Below are positions 38,527 to 48,323 of a stretch of 64,000 nt of DNA, piece by piece. The notes under the pieces are model-generated. The model did not search any database. It saw only the letters and a program-made list of their open reading frames with translations, and was not told the DNA's origin. The stretch's first letter is position 1, and every line of letters begins with the position of its first letter. Made by a program: the position numbers and the translations under genes. The DNA comes from an uncultured Bacilli bacterium (lineage in GTDB: Bacteria; Bacillota_I; Bacilli_A; RF39; UBA660), in NCBI GenBank assembly GCA_934096105.1, contig CAKOLH010000001.1, positions 13,178-77,177 on the forward strand, read 5' to 3'.

Positions 38527-40587
38527 ATGAAGAAAGATTTAATTGTACTACAAGAAGGAAATAAGGATTGCGGAGCAGCCTCTCTTTTATCTATCATTCG
38601 TTATTATGGAGGTGATATTTCTTTAGATAGATTAACAGAGATGACTAAAACAACAAAAGAAGGGACTAATTTTTATAATTTAAGTGAGGCATCATCTAAA
38701 CTAGGACTAATGGCTAAATCATATAAGGCAAGTGATGTTAGTCAAATAAAGGAGGTTAAATGTCCATATATTGTTCAGCTTAATAATAAGAATTATATGC
38801 ATTTTGCTGTTATATATAAATTATATGAAGATAAGGTATTAATGATGGATCCTGCAGTAGGTAAAGTTACAATGGATATGTTTGATTTTACTAATATGTG
38901 GACAGGCTATTTAATGCTTTTTGAAAAAGTAAAACCTATTTCAGTAATCACTAGTGATAAAAAATTAATGAAGATGATATGGCTAGTATTATTTAATAAT
39001 AAAGGTATTATTGTATTCTTAACTATATTGTCATTATTAATTACTTTATATTCTATAGGAACATCTTTTTATTCACAAATTATTTTTGATAAGATAATAA
39101 ATACTGAAGTAAATAATTTAATTATAATTACGATATTCTTTTCTATCTTATATATACTTAAAAATATTAGTAATTATGTTAGAAATTACTTAATTATTTA
39201 TTTAAATCAAAAAATAGATATTAGTATCATTCTTAGTACATTTAGTAATATTATTTTACTTCCCTTCACATTTTATCAAGGAAAGACTTCGGGTGAAGTA
39301 TTATCTAGAATTAATGATTTATCACACTTTAAAATATTTATATCTAGAATTATAGTTACTATATTTTTAGATATTATAGTATTTATTACATCTTTTATTA
39401 TTATATATTTTATTAAGAGAGAATTTATTATGTTAATTATTATTATGCTTATAGTATATATATTAATTATACTAATATTTAATCCAATAATAAAAAGAAT
39501 TAATATTAAAAATCAGATGAATAATGAACTAGTTAATAATGATATAATAGAGTCTACTAAATCATTTGAAACTATTAAAAATCTTAATATTCAAGATAAT
39601 ATTATATTAAAGTTTGAGAAGGATTATAATAAGTTAATTGCTACTTCATATTATGGTGAGAAAATTAATAATATTCTTTTATTACTTAAAAGTTTACTTG
39701 GTGATTTAGGATTATTAGTACTTAATTTTATTTGTTTTAGATTTATTATGAAGAATAATTTAACTATGGGTAATTATATGACTATAACACTACTATTTAA
39801 TTATATATTATCACCAATTGATAATTTTATATCTTTACTTAATGAGTATCATTTTGTTAAGAATAGCATTAGAAGAGTAAATGATTTACTTGATGCGGAC
39901 AAAGAAATTATTGCAGATAATAAACTAGAATTAAATGGTAATATTGAAGTTAGAAATTTATCTTTTACTTTTAATAATAAATATTATCCTCTTAATAATG
40001 TTAATTTATCTATTAAGAATGGAGAAAGAGTACTTATACTTGGTGAATCTGGTATTGGTAAGTCCACTTTATTAAGATTAATTTATAAGTATTATGATAT
40101 AGATAGGGGACAAATATTTATTAATGGTTATGATATTAATGATTATACTTTAGCGGATATAAGAAAGAACATAACATATATTTCACAAAATGAAATGTTA
40201 TATACAGATAGTATTAGAAATAATATTATACTTGATAGAAATATTTCAGAGAATGATTTTTTGAATGTATGTAAAATGACTTATGTAGATGAGATTATTA
40301 AAGATAATATATTAGGTTATGATTATATTACCGAAGAGAATGGTAGTAATCTTTCAGGAGGTCAAAGACAAAGAATAATACTAGCCCGAGGTCTTTTAAA
40401 AAATAGTAAAATAATAATGATAGATGAAGGATTGAGTCAAATTGATATTAAGTTAGAGAGAATTATTTTAGAAAATTTATTTTGGACATATCAAGATAAA
40501 ACTTTTGTAGTGGTATCACATAGAGAGAATAATACTGATTTATATGATAAAGTTATTAGACTAAGAGGTAAAAATAATGATAGATAG
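38527..40587 (+). CDS. Bacteriocin-processing ABC transporter with an N-terminal C39 cysteine peptidase domain
   Basis: C39 motif QEGNKDCGAASLLSI with downstream His (YMHFAVIY). Six TM helices. Walker A GESGIGKST, signature LSGGQRQR, Walker B IIMIDEG. Confidence 0.9.
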   Translation: MKKDLIVLQEGNKDCGAASLLSIIRYYGGDISLDRLTEMTKTTKEGTNFYNLSEASSKLGLMAKSYKASDVSQIKEVKCPYIVQLNNKNYMHFAVIYKLYEDKVLMMDPAVGKVTMDMFDFTNMWTGYLMLFEKVKPISVITSDKKLMKMIWLVLFNNKGIIVFLTILSLLITLYSIGTSFYSQIIFDKIINTEVNNLIIITIFFSILYILKNISNYVRNYLIIYLNQKIDISIILSTFSNIILLPFTFYQGKTSGEVLSRINDLSHFKIFISRIIVTIFLDIIVFITSFIIIYFIKREFIMLIIIMLIVYILIILIFNPIIKRINIKNQMNNELVNNDIIESTKSFETIKNLNIQDNIILKFEKDYNKLIATSYYGEKINNILLLLKSLLGDLGLLVLNFICFRFIMKNNLTMGNYMTITLLFNYILSPIDNFISLLNEYHFVKNSIRRVNDLLDADKEIIADNKLELNGNIEVRNLSFTFNNKYYPLNNVNLSIKNGERVLILGESGIGKSTLLRLIYKYYDIDRGQIFINGYDINDYTLADIRKNITYISQNEMLYTDSIRNNIILDRNISENDFLNVCKMTYVDEIIKDNILGYDYITEENGSNLSGGQRQRIILARGLLKNSKIIMIDEGLSQIDIKLERIILENLFWTYQDKTFVVVSHRENNTDLYDKVIRLRGKNNDR

Positions 40588-41011
40588 TAGAATTATTTTA
40601 AATAGAAAGATTAGACCTTTAGTATATATTTATATAATGATATTAATAATATGTGCACTTTCCTTAATTATAGTATGTATGTTATTTCATTATAAAGAAT
40701 ATTACTTTTTTAAAGGTACTGTTACTGAAGAAGAGAATAGTTATTATTTAAAATGTTATATACCAATATCTGAGACAAAGTATATTACTTTAAATGATAC
40801 TTTGACAACTGATAAGAAAACATATAAGTATAGTATTAAGAGTATCAGTGAGGAATACTTTAGTGATAATAATGATACTTATCAAGAAGTAGTTCTTAAT
40901 ATAAATCTTGATAATAAGTATAGGTATAATAATTTGGTATTAAACTTAAAACTATTAAAAGAAGATAAAATGGTAATAGAATATTTAAAGGAATTAGGAG
41001 GTATAAAATGA
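40577..41011 (+). CDS. Small single-TM protein in the export operon (minimal accessory or immunity candidate)
   Basis: N-terminal TM helix LVYIYIMILIICALSLIIVCMLF. Overlaps the ABC gene stop and the first peptide gene start. Confidence 0.45.
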   Translation: MIDSRIILNRKIRPLVYIYIMILIICALSLIIVCMLFHYKEYYFFKGTVTEEENSYYLKCYIPISETKYITLNDTLTTDKKTYKYSIKSISEEYFSDNNDTYQEVVLNINLDNKYRYNNLVLNLKLLKEDKMVIEYLKELGGIK

Positions 41012-41166
41012 CTGAATTAAAAAAAGAAGAAATGTTAAATATTAATGGTGGAGCTAATGCAATTTTAATTACAACAATTATTGGAACAGTAATAACTTTT
41101 ATAGTGGGAACACTTAAAGGCTATTCTAATCCAGAAAAATGTAATGTATTAGGAGGTAAAAGATGA
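41008..41166 (+). CDS. Double-glycine-leader peptide 1 (class II bacteriocin-like precursor), 52 aa
   Basis: MTELKKEEMLNINGG / ANAILITTIIGTVITFIVGTLKGYSNPEKCNVLGGKR. SD aggagg. ATGA overlaps on both sides. Absent from the ORF track. Confidence 0.75.
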   Translation: MTELKKEEMLNINGGANAILITTIIGTVITFIVGTLKGYSNPEKCNVLGGKR

Positions 41167-41330
41167 GAGAATTAGATAAAAATGAGATGTTAAAAATAGA
41201 TGGCGGAGCAGGTTTTACTGCCACGATGATGAATGCAATATATAAAACTATTGAGATTATTTTTAATATAGGTGAAGCCTTTGGAAGTTATATCAGAAGG
41301 AAAAGTGAAGATAAAATGTGTGATTTTTGA
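41163..41330 (+). CDS. Double-glycine-leader peptide 2 (class II bacteriocin-like precursor), 55 aa
   Basis: MRELDKNEMLKIDGG / AGFTATMMNAIYKTIEIIFNIGEAFGSYIRRKSEDKMCDF. SD aggaggt. Confidence 0.75.
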   Translation: MRELDKNEMLKIDGGAGFTATMMNAIYKTIEIIFNIGEAFGSYIRRKSEDKMCDF

Positions 41331-41371
41331 TAAAATATAGGCTATTTTTATAAAAAAAGACTTTTTTCTTC

Positions 41372-41400
41372 TTGTAAATTATGTCAAATAATGTTATAAT
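41372..41400 (+). promoter_or_regulatory. Sigma-A promoter of rpsU-yqeY
   Basis: TTGTAA, 17 nt spacer, TATAAT. Confidence 0.55.
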
Positions 41401-41431
41401 CTTACTTGGTAAAGCGGAAGGAGGGATATAG

Positions 41432-41638
41432 ATGTCAGCAGGAACTAAAATAACCGTTGGTGTTAGAAATAATGATGTTGAATTTGCTTTAAGAAAATTT
41501 AAGAATCAAGTAGCACGTAATGGTAATCTCTCTAAAGCTAGGGAAAGAGCAGATGGATTTAAGTCTAAAGGATTTAAAGAAAGAGAAGAAAAAAAGAAAA
41601 ATACTATTAATTCTAGAAAAAATAAAAGAAATTACTAA
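41432..41638 (+). CDS. rpsU: 30S ribosomal protein S21
   Basis: VRNNDVEFALRKFKNQVARNG and a basic tail. Conserved rpsU-yqeY order. Confidence 0.85.
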   Translation: MSAGTKITVGVRNNDVEFALRKFKNQVARNGNLSKARERADGFKSKGFKEREEKKKNTINSRKNKRNY

Positions 41639-41650
41639 GGAGATAGAATT

Positions 41651-42091
41651 ATGTTAGCGGAAAAAATTAATAATGATTTAAAAGAAGCAATGAAAAATAA
41701 AGATAGTTTTAAACTTGGAGTAATTAGAATGATCAAAGGTGCTATGCAACTTGCTAAACCTAATCCTAGGGAAGAACTTACTGATGATGATGTTATTCAG
41801 GTAATTTCTAAACAGATTAAAATGAGAAAAGATGCAATAGAACAATTTGAAGCCGCTGGTAGAGAAGACTTAGTACTTCAAAATAAGAAAGAAATAGAAA
41901 TACTTAGTTCTTATATGCCTGAAGAGATGTCTTTAGAAGAGTTAAATAAAACTATTGATAAGGTATTTGAAGAAGTAAAACCTACATCTTCAAAAGATAT
42001 GGGCCTTATAATGAAGAATATATCACCTTTAGTTAAAGGTAGAGCAGATATGTCTTTAGTAAATAAATTAATTAAAGAGAGACTTGGATAG
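41651..42091 (+). CDS. yqeY: GatB/YqeY domain protein
   Basis: INNDLKEAMKNKD...LGVIRMIKGA...ISKQIKMRKDAIEQFEAAGREDL...EIEILSSYMPE. Confidence 0.85.
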   Translation: MLAEKINNDLKEAMKNKDSFKLGVIRMIKGAMQLAKPNPREELTDDDVIQVISKQIKMRKDAIEQFEAAGREDLVLQNKKEIEILSSYMPEEMSLEELNKTIDKVFEEVKPTSSKDMGLIMKNISPLVKGRADMSLVNKLIKERLG

Positions 42092-42155
42092 TTTCTCTTT
42101 TTTGTATTGAAAAGTATATTTATTTTTTATATAATACTTTTAGGTGGGACTAATT

Positions 42156-42761
42156 ATGAGTAAAATAACTAATACAATTTTAATGATAAAATTATTATCA
42201 AATGGTAGAGTATATTCAGTTAAAGAATTAAGTGAAGAACTTGGTGTTACTGAGAGAATGGTTAGATATTATAAAGAACAGTTAGAAATTGCTGGATATA
42301 TTATTGAATCTTTTAAAGGTCCTGGAGGCGGCTACTACATAAATAAGAATGATATGATTGATATAGATTACTTTAATAAGTATGATTTAGAAGTATTAGA
42401 TAAAGTACAAAGTGAGATATCTACTTCAGATAATGATAAACTTATTAAAGACTATACAGAACTAAACAAGAAACTTCATTCTATTTATAATACTAATAAG
42501 GTGTTATCGGAGTATAAAGATATTAATGTAGTTGTAAATGGTGCTGATGATAAAATAAACACAATAAATGATTGTATTAAAAATAAGAAGAGTATATTTA
42601 TTGATTATCTTGGTTCTTCAGGAAAAATAGTAAAAAGAGAAATTATACCAATAAATATATTTGAATTTGAAAATAAAATTTATGTTTTAGCCTTTTGTAA
42701 ATTAAGAGGATCAATTAGGCACTTTACTTTGAGTAAAATACTAAATATAAAAGAAATATAG
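42156..42761 (+). CDS. HTH plus WYL-domain transcriptional regulator
   Basis: N-terminal wHTH YSVKELSEELGVTERMVRYYKEQLEIAGYIIES. C-terminal WYL-like IFIDYLGSSGKIVKREIIPINIFEFENKIYVLAFCKLRGSIRHFTLSKI. Confidence 0.7.
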   Translation: MSKITNTILMIKLLSNGRVYSVKELSEELGVTERMVRYYKEQLEIAGYIIESFKGPGGGYYINKNDMIDIDYFNKYDLEVLDKVQSEISTSDNDKLIKDYTELNKKLHSIYNTNKVLSEYKDINVVVNGADDKINTINDCIKNKKSIFIDYLGSSGKIVKREIIPINIFEFENKIYVLAFCKLRGSIRHFTLSKILNIKEI

Positions 42762-42846
42762 AATAGACAATATATTTCCTTGTATTAAATTAAAAAGACT
42801 TAATATTTCCTGAATTGGTAATACAATATTTTTAGGAGGAATAAAT

Positions 42847-44181
42847 ATGAATATAAAAGATAAGGCTAAAGAGTTTGCAATCAATGCACATAAAGGACAG
42901 ATAAGAAAATCGGATAAAGAAAAACCAATGATAATACATCCTATAAATGTTGCTGATATTTTGAGTGAATATGGTTTTGATGATAATGTAGTGTCCGCAG
43001 GATATCTTCATGATGTAATTGAGGATACTAAGTATACTAAAGAGGATTTATTAAAAGCATTTAATGAAGATATATTATCTTTAGTACTTGGGGATACAGA
43101 AAAAGACAAAAGTTTAAGCTGGGAAGAGAGAAAAATAGAAACTATAAATATTGTAAAAAATTTAGATTTAAGACATAAATCTATAGTATGTGCTGATAAA
43201 ATAAGTAATTTAGAAGATATGAGAATTATTTTTGAAACTAGAGGAGAAAAAGACTTTTCGGCATTTAAAAGAGGGTATGAAAAACAAAAATGGTATTATA
43301 CAGAAGTATATAATAGTTTAATATGTAATGAAGATAAGAACTATCCAATGTTTGTTAGATTAAAATTATTAATTGATGATGTTTTTGATAATAATAAGCA
43401 TGATGACTTAGAAAGAAAAATATTTGAAGGTAGGGAAGAAGAATATAGTAAATTAATAAAACTACATTATAAGAAACAAGAAATATATAAAATGATGAAA
43501 GTATTAAATAATAAGTTTACATATGTTATAGAATTTACTGGTACTCCGAGAACTGGTAAGACTACGCTTATAAATAATTTATATGATTTCTTTAAAAAAG
43601 GTAAATTTAAAACTAAAGTACTTGAAGAATTTACTACTTCCCAAAGATATAAGAAAGAAATATATCCAAGATTAAAGAATGAATATAAAAATGTAATAAA
43701 TACAGAGATACCTAAATATGTTTTAAATGATTTAAATGATACAATAAATAAGAACTATGATGTTATAATAATAGACAGATCATTATTTGATAGGATGATT
43801 TGGATGGATAGATTATATAGTAAAAATGGTGTATCTAAAGAAGAATATGATAATTATATAAATGAATATGTACCTATTATTAAAAATAAAATTGATATTG
43901 TAATAGGAACTTATACCGATAGTTTGACTTCTTTAAGAAGAGATTACACTGCTAATGTAGCATTAGAAAAAAGAACTTTCTTAAGCGAAGATAATGTTAA
44001 TGAATATAATAATTCTTTATTAAATATGAAGTTACTTGCAGAAAAAGAAAATATTAATTTTTATATGTTTGATACCACTAATAAGAGTGAAAGAGAGATA
44101 TCTTTTGAAGTAGTAGATACTATTCTTAATAATATGAGAACATACTATATAAATAAATTAAATGAAGGATTTAATAAATAG
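42847..44181 (+). CDS. Fusion: RelA/SpoT-type HD (p)ppGpp-hydrolase-like domain plus C-terminal P-loop dNK-like kinase domain
   Basis: HD half: AHKGQIRKSDKEKPMIIHPINVA...AGYLHDVIEDT...CADKISNLEDM. Kinase half: Walker A GTPRTGKTT, IIIDRSLFDR (dNK-type D/E-R-S), Arg-rich lid LRRDYT..EKR. Confidence 0.65.
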   Translation: MNIKDKAKEFAINAHKGQIRKSDKEKPMIIHPINVADILSEYGFDDNVVSAGYLHDVIEDTKYTKEDLLKAFNEDILSLVLGDTEKDKSLSWEERKIETINIVKNLDLRHKSIVCADKISNLEDMRIIFETRGEKDFSAFKRGYEKQKWYYTEVYNSLICNEDKNYPMFVRLKLLIDDVFDNNKHDDLERKIFEGREEEYSKLIKLHYKKQEIYKMMKVLNNKFTYVIEFTGTPRTGKTTLINNLYDFFKKGKFKTKVLEEFTTSQRYKKEIYPRLKNEYKNVINTEIPKYVLNDLNDTINKNYDVIIIDRSLFDRMIWMDRLYSKNGVSKEEYDNYINEYVPIIKNKIDIVIGTYTDSLTSLRRDYTANVALEKRTFLSEDNVNEYNNSLLNMKLLAEKENINFYMFDTTNKSEREISFEVVDTILNNMRTYYINKLNEGFNK

Positions 44182-44207
44182 AGGGAATTTAAATATTCTT
44201 TCTTTTC

Positions 44208-44309
44208 TTTGTATATAATTATGGCTTATGTATGATAGATATGTAGATATATTTATTTGAGACAATACTTTGGCTCAAATAAACACTCTAGAGCCTTAGA
44301 TCTAGAGTG
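44208..44309 (+). repeat. Interspersed structured repeat, copy E
   Basis: tttgtatataattatggcttatgtatgatagatatgtagatata, then tttatttgag-...-ctcaaataaa, then cactctaga-...-tctagagtg. Confidence 0.85.
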
Positions 44310-44353
44310 AACATAAAAAAACTAACTCTTAACGAGCTAGTTAATTATCTATC

Positions 44354-44430
44354 TGGGACGGAATGTGGGAATCGAACCCACGAATAATGGAACCACAATC
44401 CACCGTGTTAACCACTTCACCAATTCCGCC
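44354..44430 (-). tRNA. tRNA-His (anticodon GTG) with G-1
   Basis: Anticodon loop TTGTGGT. An extra 5' G pairs with C73. Encoded CCA. Terminator hairpin aactagctcgttaagagttagtttttt lies downstream. Confidence 0.88.
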
Positions 44431-44534
44431 ATAAGACATTTACAATGATATCATATATTTTTATATTTGACAAGTATTTTGTTTAAAAAAGATAGAAAAT
44501 ATGTTATAATACCAAAGAGAAAAGAGGAAGAAGT

Positions 44535-45269
44535 ATGAGAAAAACTGTATTAGTAACAGGATCTTCAAGTGGAATAGGTAAAGAAATAGCTAGGATACTT
44601 GCTAAAGACTATGATGTAATACTACATTATAATAGTAATGAAAATAGTACTAGATTATTAAAAGAAGAGTTAGATAAAGAATATAATAGAGATTATTTAA
44701 TGGTAAAATGTGATTTATCTAAAGAAGATGAAATAGATAATATGCTTGATATAATATATAATAAATATAATAATATAGATATACTTATAAATAATGCAGG
44801 TATAGCAATAGATACTTTATTTGAAGATAAAACTAAAGATAACTTTATGAAAACTTTAGATATTAATTTAATTGCACCTTTCTTATTATGTAAAAAGATA
44901 GGACCTAAAATGGTAGATAATAAATATGGGGTAATAATAAATATTAGTTCTACTAATGGAATAGATACTCCTTATATAGAGAGTGTAGATTATGATGCTT
45001 CAAAGGCAGGCTTAATATCTTTATCAAAGAATCTTGCTAATTATTTTGCTCCTTATGTTAGAGTAAATACAATATGTCCTGGTTGGGTTAATACTGAAAT
45101 GAATAAAAACTTAGATAGTGATTTTATAAGTAAAGAAGAAGATAAAATATTACTTGGTAGATTTGCTAATCCTAGAGAAGTTGCTAATTTAGTAGAATTT
45201 CTTATTAGTGATAAAGCAAGTTATATAAATGATAGTATTATTAGAATAGATGGTGGTATAAAATGTTAG
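44535..45269 (+). CDS. SDR-family oxidoreductase (FabG-like)
   Basis: VLVTGSSSGIGKEIA, NNAG, YDASKAG. Confidence 0.85.
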   Translation: MRKTVLVTGSSSGIGKEIARILAKDYDVILHYNSNENSTRLLKEELDKEYNRDYLMVKCDLSKEDEIDNMLDIIYNKYNNIDILINNAGIAIDTLFEDKTKDNFMKTLDINLIAPFLLCKKIGPKMVDNKYGVIINISSTNGIDTPYIESVDYDASKAGLISLSKNLANYFAPYVRVNTICPGWVNTEMNKNLDSDFISKEEDKILLGRFANPREVANLVEFLISDKASYINDSIIRIDGGIKC

Positions 45270-46504
45270 ATAATATAATTAAAGATAGTAAAAGAGATTT
45301 AGAAGTATATTTTAATAAAATAGAAGAAATAGAAGAATTTAATAGTAAGAAAGTACTTGATGCCTTTATAGAAAATAGTGTATGTGAAAGTGATTTTAAT
45401 AGTGCTACTGGATATGGATATAATGATATTGGTAGAGATAAAATAGAAAGAGTATATGCAAGTGTATTTAAAACTGAAGATGCTCTAGTTAGAAGTCAGT
45501 TTATATCTGGTACTCATGCTATTAGTACATGTTTATTTGCACTATTGAGACCTGGTGACACTCTTTTATCAATAAGTGGTAAACCTTATGATACACTAGA
45601 TAGTGTAATTGGTTTTAATAATAATAGTTCTTCATTAAAAGCATTTAATATTAATTATATGGAAGTTAATTTAGTTAATGATGACTTTGATTATGAAAAA
45701 ATTATTGATGTACTTAAGAATAATAAGATTAAATTAATTGAAATACAAAGAAGTAAAGGTTATAGTACAAGAGAAAGTATTAATATTGATAAAATAGAAA
45801 AAGTTGTCAAACTAATTAGAACTATTAATAAAGATGTAATTATAATGGTAGATAACTGCTACTGCGAAATGGTTAGTACTAAGGAGCCTACTGAAGTAGG
45901 AGTAGATGTATGTGTTGGTTCACTTATTAAGAATTTAGGTGCTTCAATTACATCAAATGGCGGCTATATAGTAGGTAGAAAAGATTTAATTAATTTATGT
46001 GCAGAAAGATTAAATGTCCCAGGGCAAGGTGCTGAAGTAGGCCCTTCTTTAAATCAAAATAGATATATTCTTCAGGGATTATATATGGCTCCAATGATTG
46101 TAGCTAATGCTTTAAAGACTGCCACTTATACAGCATATTTATTTGAAAAGTTAGGCTATAAAGTTAGTCCTAAATATAATGATGAGAGAGTAGACATAGT
46201 TCAAAATATTATATTTGAAAATGAAAATGATTTAATTAATTATGTTAGAGGTATTCAGTCTAATTCTAAGATTGACTCTAATGCATTAGTAGAACCATCT
46301 GATATGCCAGGATATGACGATAAAATTATTATGGCATCAGGATCTTTTACACAGGGTAGTTCTATTGAATTATCTTGTGATGGCCCTCTTAGAAGTCCTT
46401 ATATTGCTTATCAGCAAGGATCTATCAGTTATAAGTATGGTAAGATAATTGTTGAAAGAGCTATTAATAATTTAATTAAAAGTAAGGAGAATATAAATGA
46501 GTAA
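45263..46504 (+). CDS. Methionine gamma-lyase-family (YnbB / aluminium-resistance-like) PLP enzyme
   Basis: ATGYGYNDIGRDKIERVYASVFKTEDALVRSQFISGTHAI. Confidence 0.7.
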   Translation: MLDNIIKDSKRDLEVYFNKIEEIEEFNSKKVLDAFIENSVCESDFNSATGYGYNDIGRDKIERVYASVFKTEDALVRSQFISGTHAISTCLFALLRPGDTLLSISGKPYDTLDSVIGFNNNSSSLKAFNINYMEVNLVNDDFDYEKIIDVLKNNKIKLIEIQRSKGYSTRESINIDKIEKVVKLIRTINKDVIIMVDNCYCEMVSTKEPTEVGVDVCVGSLIKNLGASITSNGGYIVGRKDLINLCAERLNVPGQGAEVGPSLNQNRYILQGLYMAPMIVANALKTATYTAYLFEKLGYKVSPKYNDERVDIVQNIIFENENDLINYVRGIQSNSKIDSNALVEPSDMPGYDDKIIMASGSFTQGSSIELSCDGPLRSPYIAYQQGSISYKYGKIIVERAINNLIKSKENINE

Positions 46505-47000
46505 ATATTATCTTGTTAGATATAAAAATATAGAAGAAAAGAAAAAGATAACTAATGAAGTAGAAGTTAATACAGAAAGATTAGAGGTTGCACCAGATAT
46601 ATTTAGTAATGCTTCTTTAGTAGAGTTTAATGAAACTTATTATTATGATGGAAAACAAAAAAATAGAAGTATTAAGATTTTTACAATAGTTGAATATAAT
46701 GAGTTAGAAGATAAATACTATGATATTATAACTGGTGATGAATATGTAAATTATGAGTATAATAGTAGACTTAGACATCTTAAAAATGTAAAAGGTAATT
46801 TAGTGTTAGAACTTGGTTATAATTTACCTTCAAAAACTGTGGTTAATTTATTAGAAGAAATTAATTTTAATGATGAGAGTGTAGAGGCTTATATTACTGC
46901 GATGATGGTACTTAATAAAATGAATAATAATGATAAAGATTTTGATACTGATAATGAATATTATATAGAAAGTTTTAAAAGAAGATATAGAAGAAGATAA
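46497..47000 (+). CDS. Hypothetical protein
   Basis: ORF with RBS aaggag. Translationally overlapped with the upstream gene. Confidence 0.5.
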   Translation: MSKYYLVRYKNIEEKKKITNEVEVNTERLEVAPDIFSNASLVEFNETYYYDGKQKNRSIKIFTIVEYNELEDKYYDIITGDEYVNYEYNSRLRHLKNVKGNLVLELGYNLPSKTVVNLLEEINFNDESVEAYITAMMVLNKMNNNDKDFDTDNEYYIESFKRRYRRR

Positions 47001-47015
47001 AAAGAGAAGTTTTGA

Positions 47016-48185
47016 TTACTTCTCTTTTAACATACCTCTTGCTATATATTCATCATAAGTTAACTTACTTTCATATATTTTAGTGGCTAAATCAATACCT
47101 AGATATCTAAAATGCCAATCTTCAAAAACATAACCTGTTATATATTCACTCTCATGAGGATATCTAAGTATAAAACCATATTTATATGAATTATTAATAA
47201 GCCAAGTATATTCTTTATCATTTTCACTAAGATAATTCCATTTACCATTTACAATATCTACCGCTAGTCCTAATTGATGTTCTGAATAACCTGCTCTTGC
47301 AGAGTATGTTTCAGCTTCTTTAAAACCATCTTTTTTAACATATCTATTATATAATCCTTCTTGATAAGAATAAGAACGATAAGTAGAACCAGCATATATT
47401 TTTAGATTTTCTTTTAACATATCAGAAGCCATTTCTTCAAACTTACCAGCGGCTTCTTTTCTTAATTTTTGAGTACCTGAAGCAAACTTGCTATTAATTA
47501 CTGTTAAATCTTCTGGTTCATAGTCTTTATCTAATTTATAATATTTATTTACAATAACATCTAACTTACTTGCTTCATCTTTAGATAATGGAATATCATT
47601 TGAATAGTAATCTTTATCTAGATAAGCATTAACAAAAGTTACAGTATCTTCATAGTTATATTTTTCTTTTAATATAGTAGTATCGTATACTGATTTAGTA
47701 TCAATAAAATCATATTTAATATATCTATCTAGATTTTCTTCTTTAAAATAATTTAGTGATATATAATTAATAATATTTTTATCATATTTATTTGAGGTAA
47801 TAACATCAATACTTTTAGGTACTTTTTCATAGAAGGTATTGATATCTTTATTTTTATAACCTAAATCTAATAATTTATTAATATTATTTATAAAGTTATC
47901 TTCTTCAACATAATTTATATCTAAGTATTCATCAAAATATTCTTTCTTATAGTTATTTTCTATAACTGCTGTTTCTAATGTCTTAGAATACTTTTTAGTT
48001 TCTTTTATTTTTTCATAATAATTATCTTCTTTAAATACATTAATGACATCTTTTTGATAACCATATCTCTTTGGTACTATTAAGTAAATACCAATAGATA
48101 ATATGATTAATAAGAATAAAACTAATATTAATATTCTTTTTTTATTTATTTTTCTTTTTCTCTTTTTCATACTATCACCAACCAT
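47016..48185 (-). CDS. Membrane-anchored D-alanyl-D-alanine carboxypeptidase (VanY / peptidase M15B)
   Basis: SYRSYSYQEGLY, SEHQLGLAVDI, EDWHFRY. An alternative start at 48170 is possible. Confidence 0.8.
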   Translation of the reverse strand: MVGDSMKKRKRKINKKRILILVLFLLIILSIGIYLIVPKRYGYQKDVINVFKEDNYYEKIKETKKYSKTLETAVIENNYKKEYFDEYLDINYVEEDNFINNINKLLDLGYKNKDINTFYEKVPKSIDVITSNKYDKNIINYISLNYFKEENLDRYIKYDFIDTKSVYDTTILKEKYNYEDTVTFVNAYLDKDYYSNDIPLSKDEASKLDVIVNKYYKLDKDYEPEDLTVINSKFASGTQKLRKEAAGKFEEMASDMLKENLKIYAGSTYRSYSYQEGLYNRYVKKDGFKEAETYSARAGYSEHQLGLAVDIVNGKWNYLSENDKEYTWLINNSYKYGFILRYPHESEYITGYVFEDWHFRYLGIDLATKIYESKLTYDEYIARGMLKEK

Positions 48186-48323
48186 AATAATTATATATCA
48201 AAAGTACTTAAAAAGCAATTGGTAAAAAGTATTTTTACATGGTAAAATATATATGATTTTACATATTTTACATTTACTAAAATAGCATAAAATGGTATAA
48301 TTAAAGAGCAAAGAAGGTATAAA

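Noticed and set aside
36282-44430. A single genomic island covering 36.3-44.4 kb (TA pair, membrane protein, bacteriocin locus, WYL/HD-kinase, tRNA-His)
   Set aside because: The core rpsU-yqeY pair sits in the middle of the region. No integrase, recombinase or flanking direct repeats of the tRNA 3' end are visible. The modules are better treated as separate small accessory insertions.
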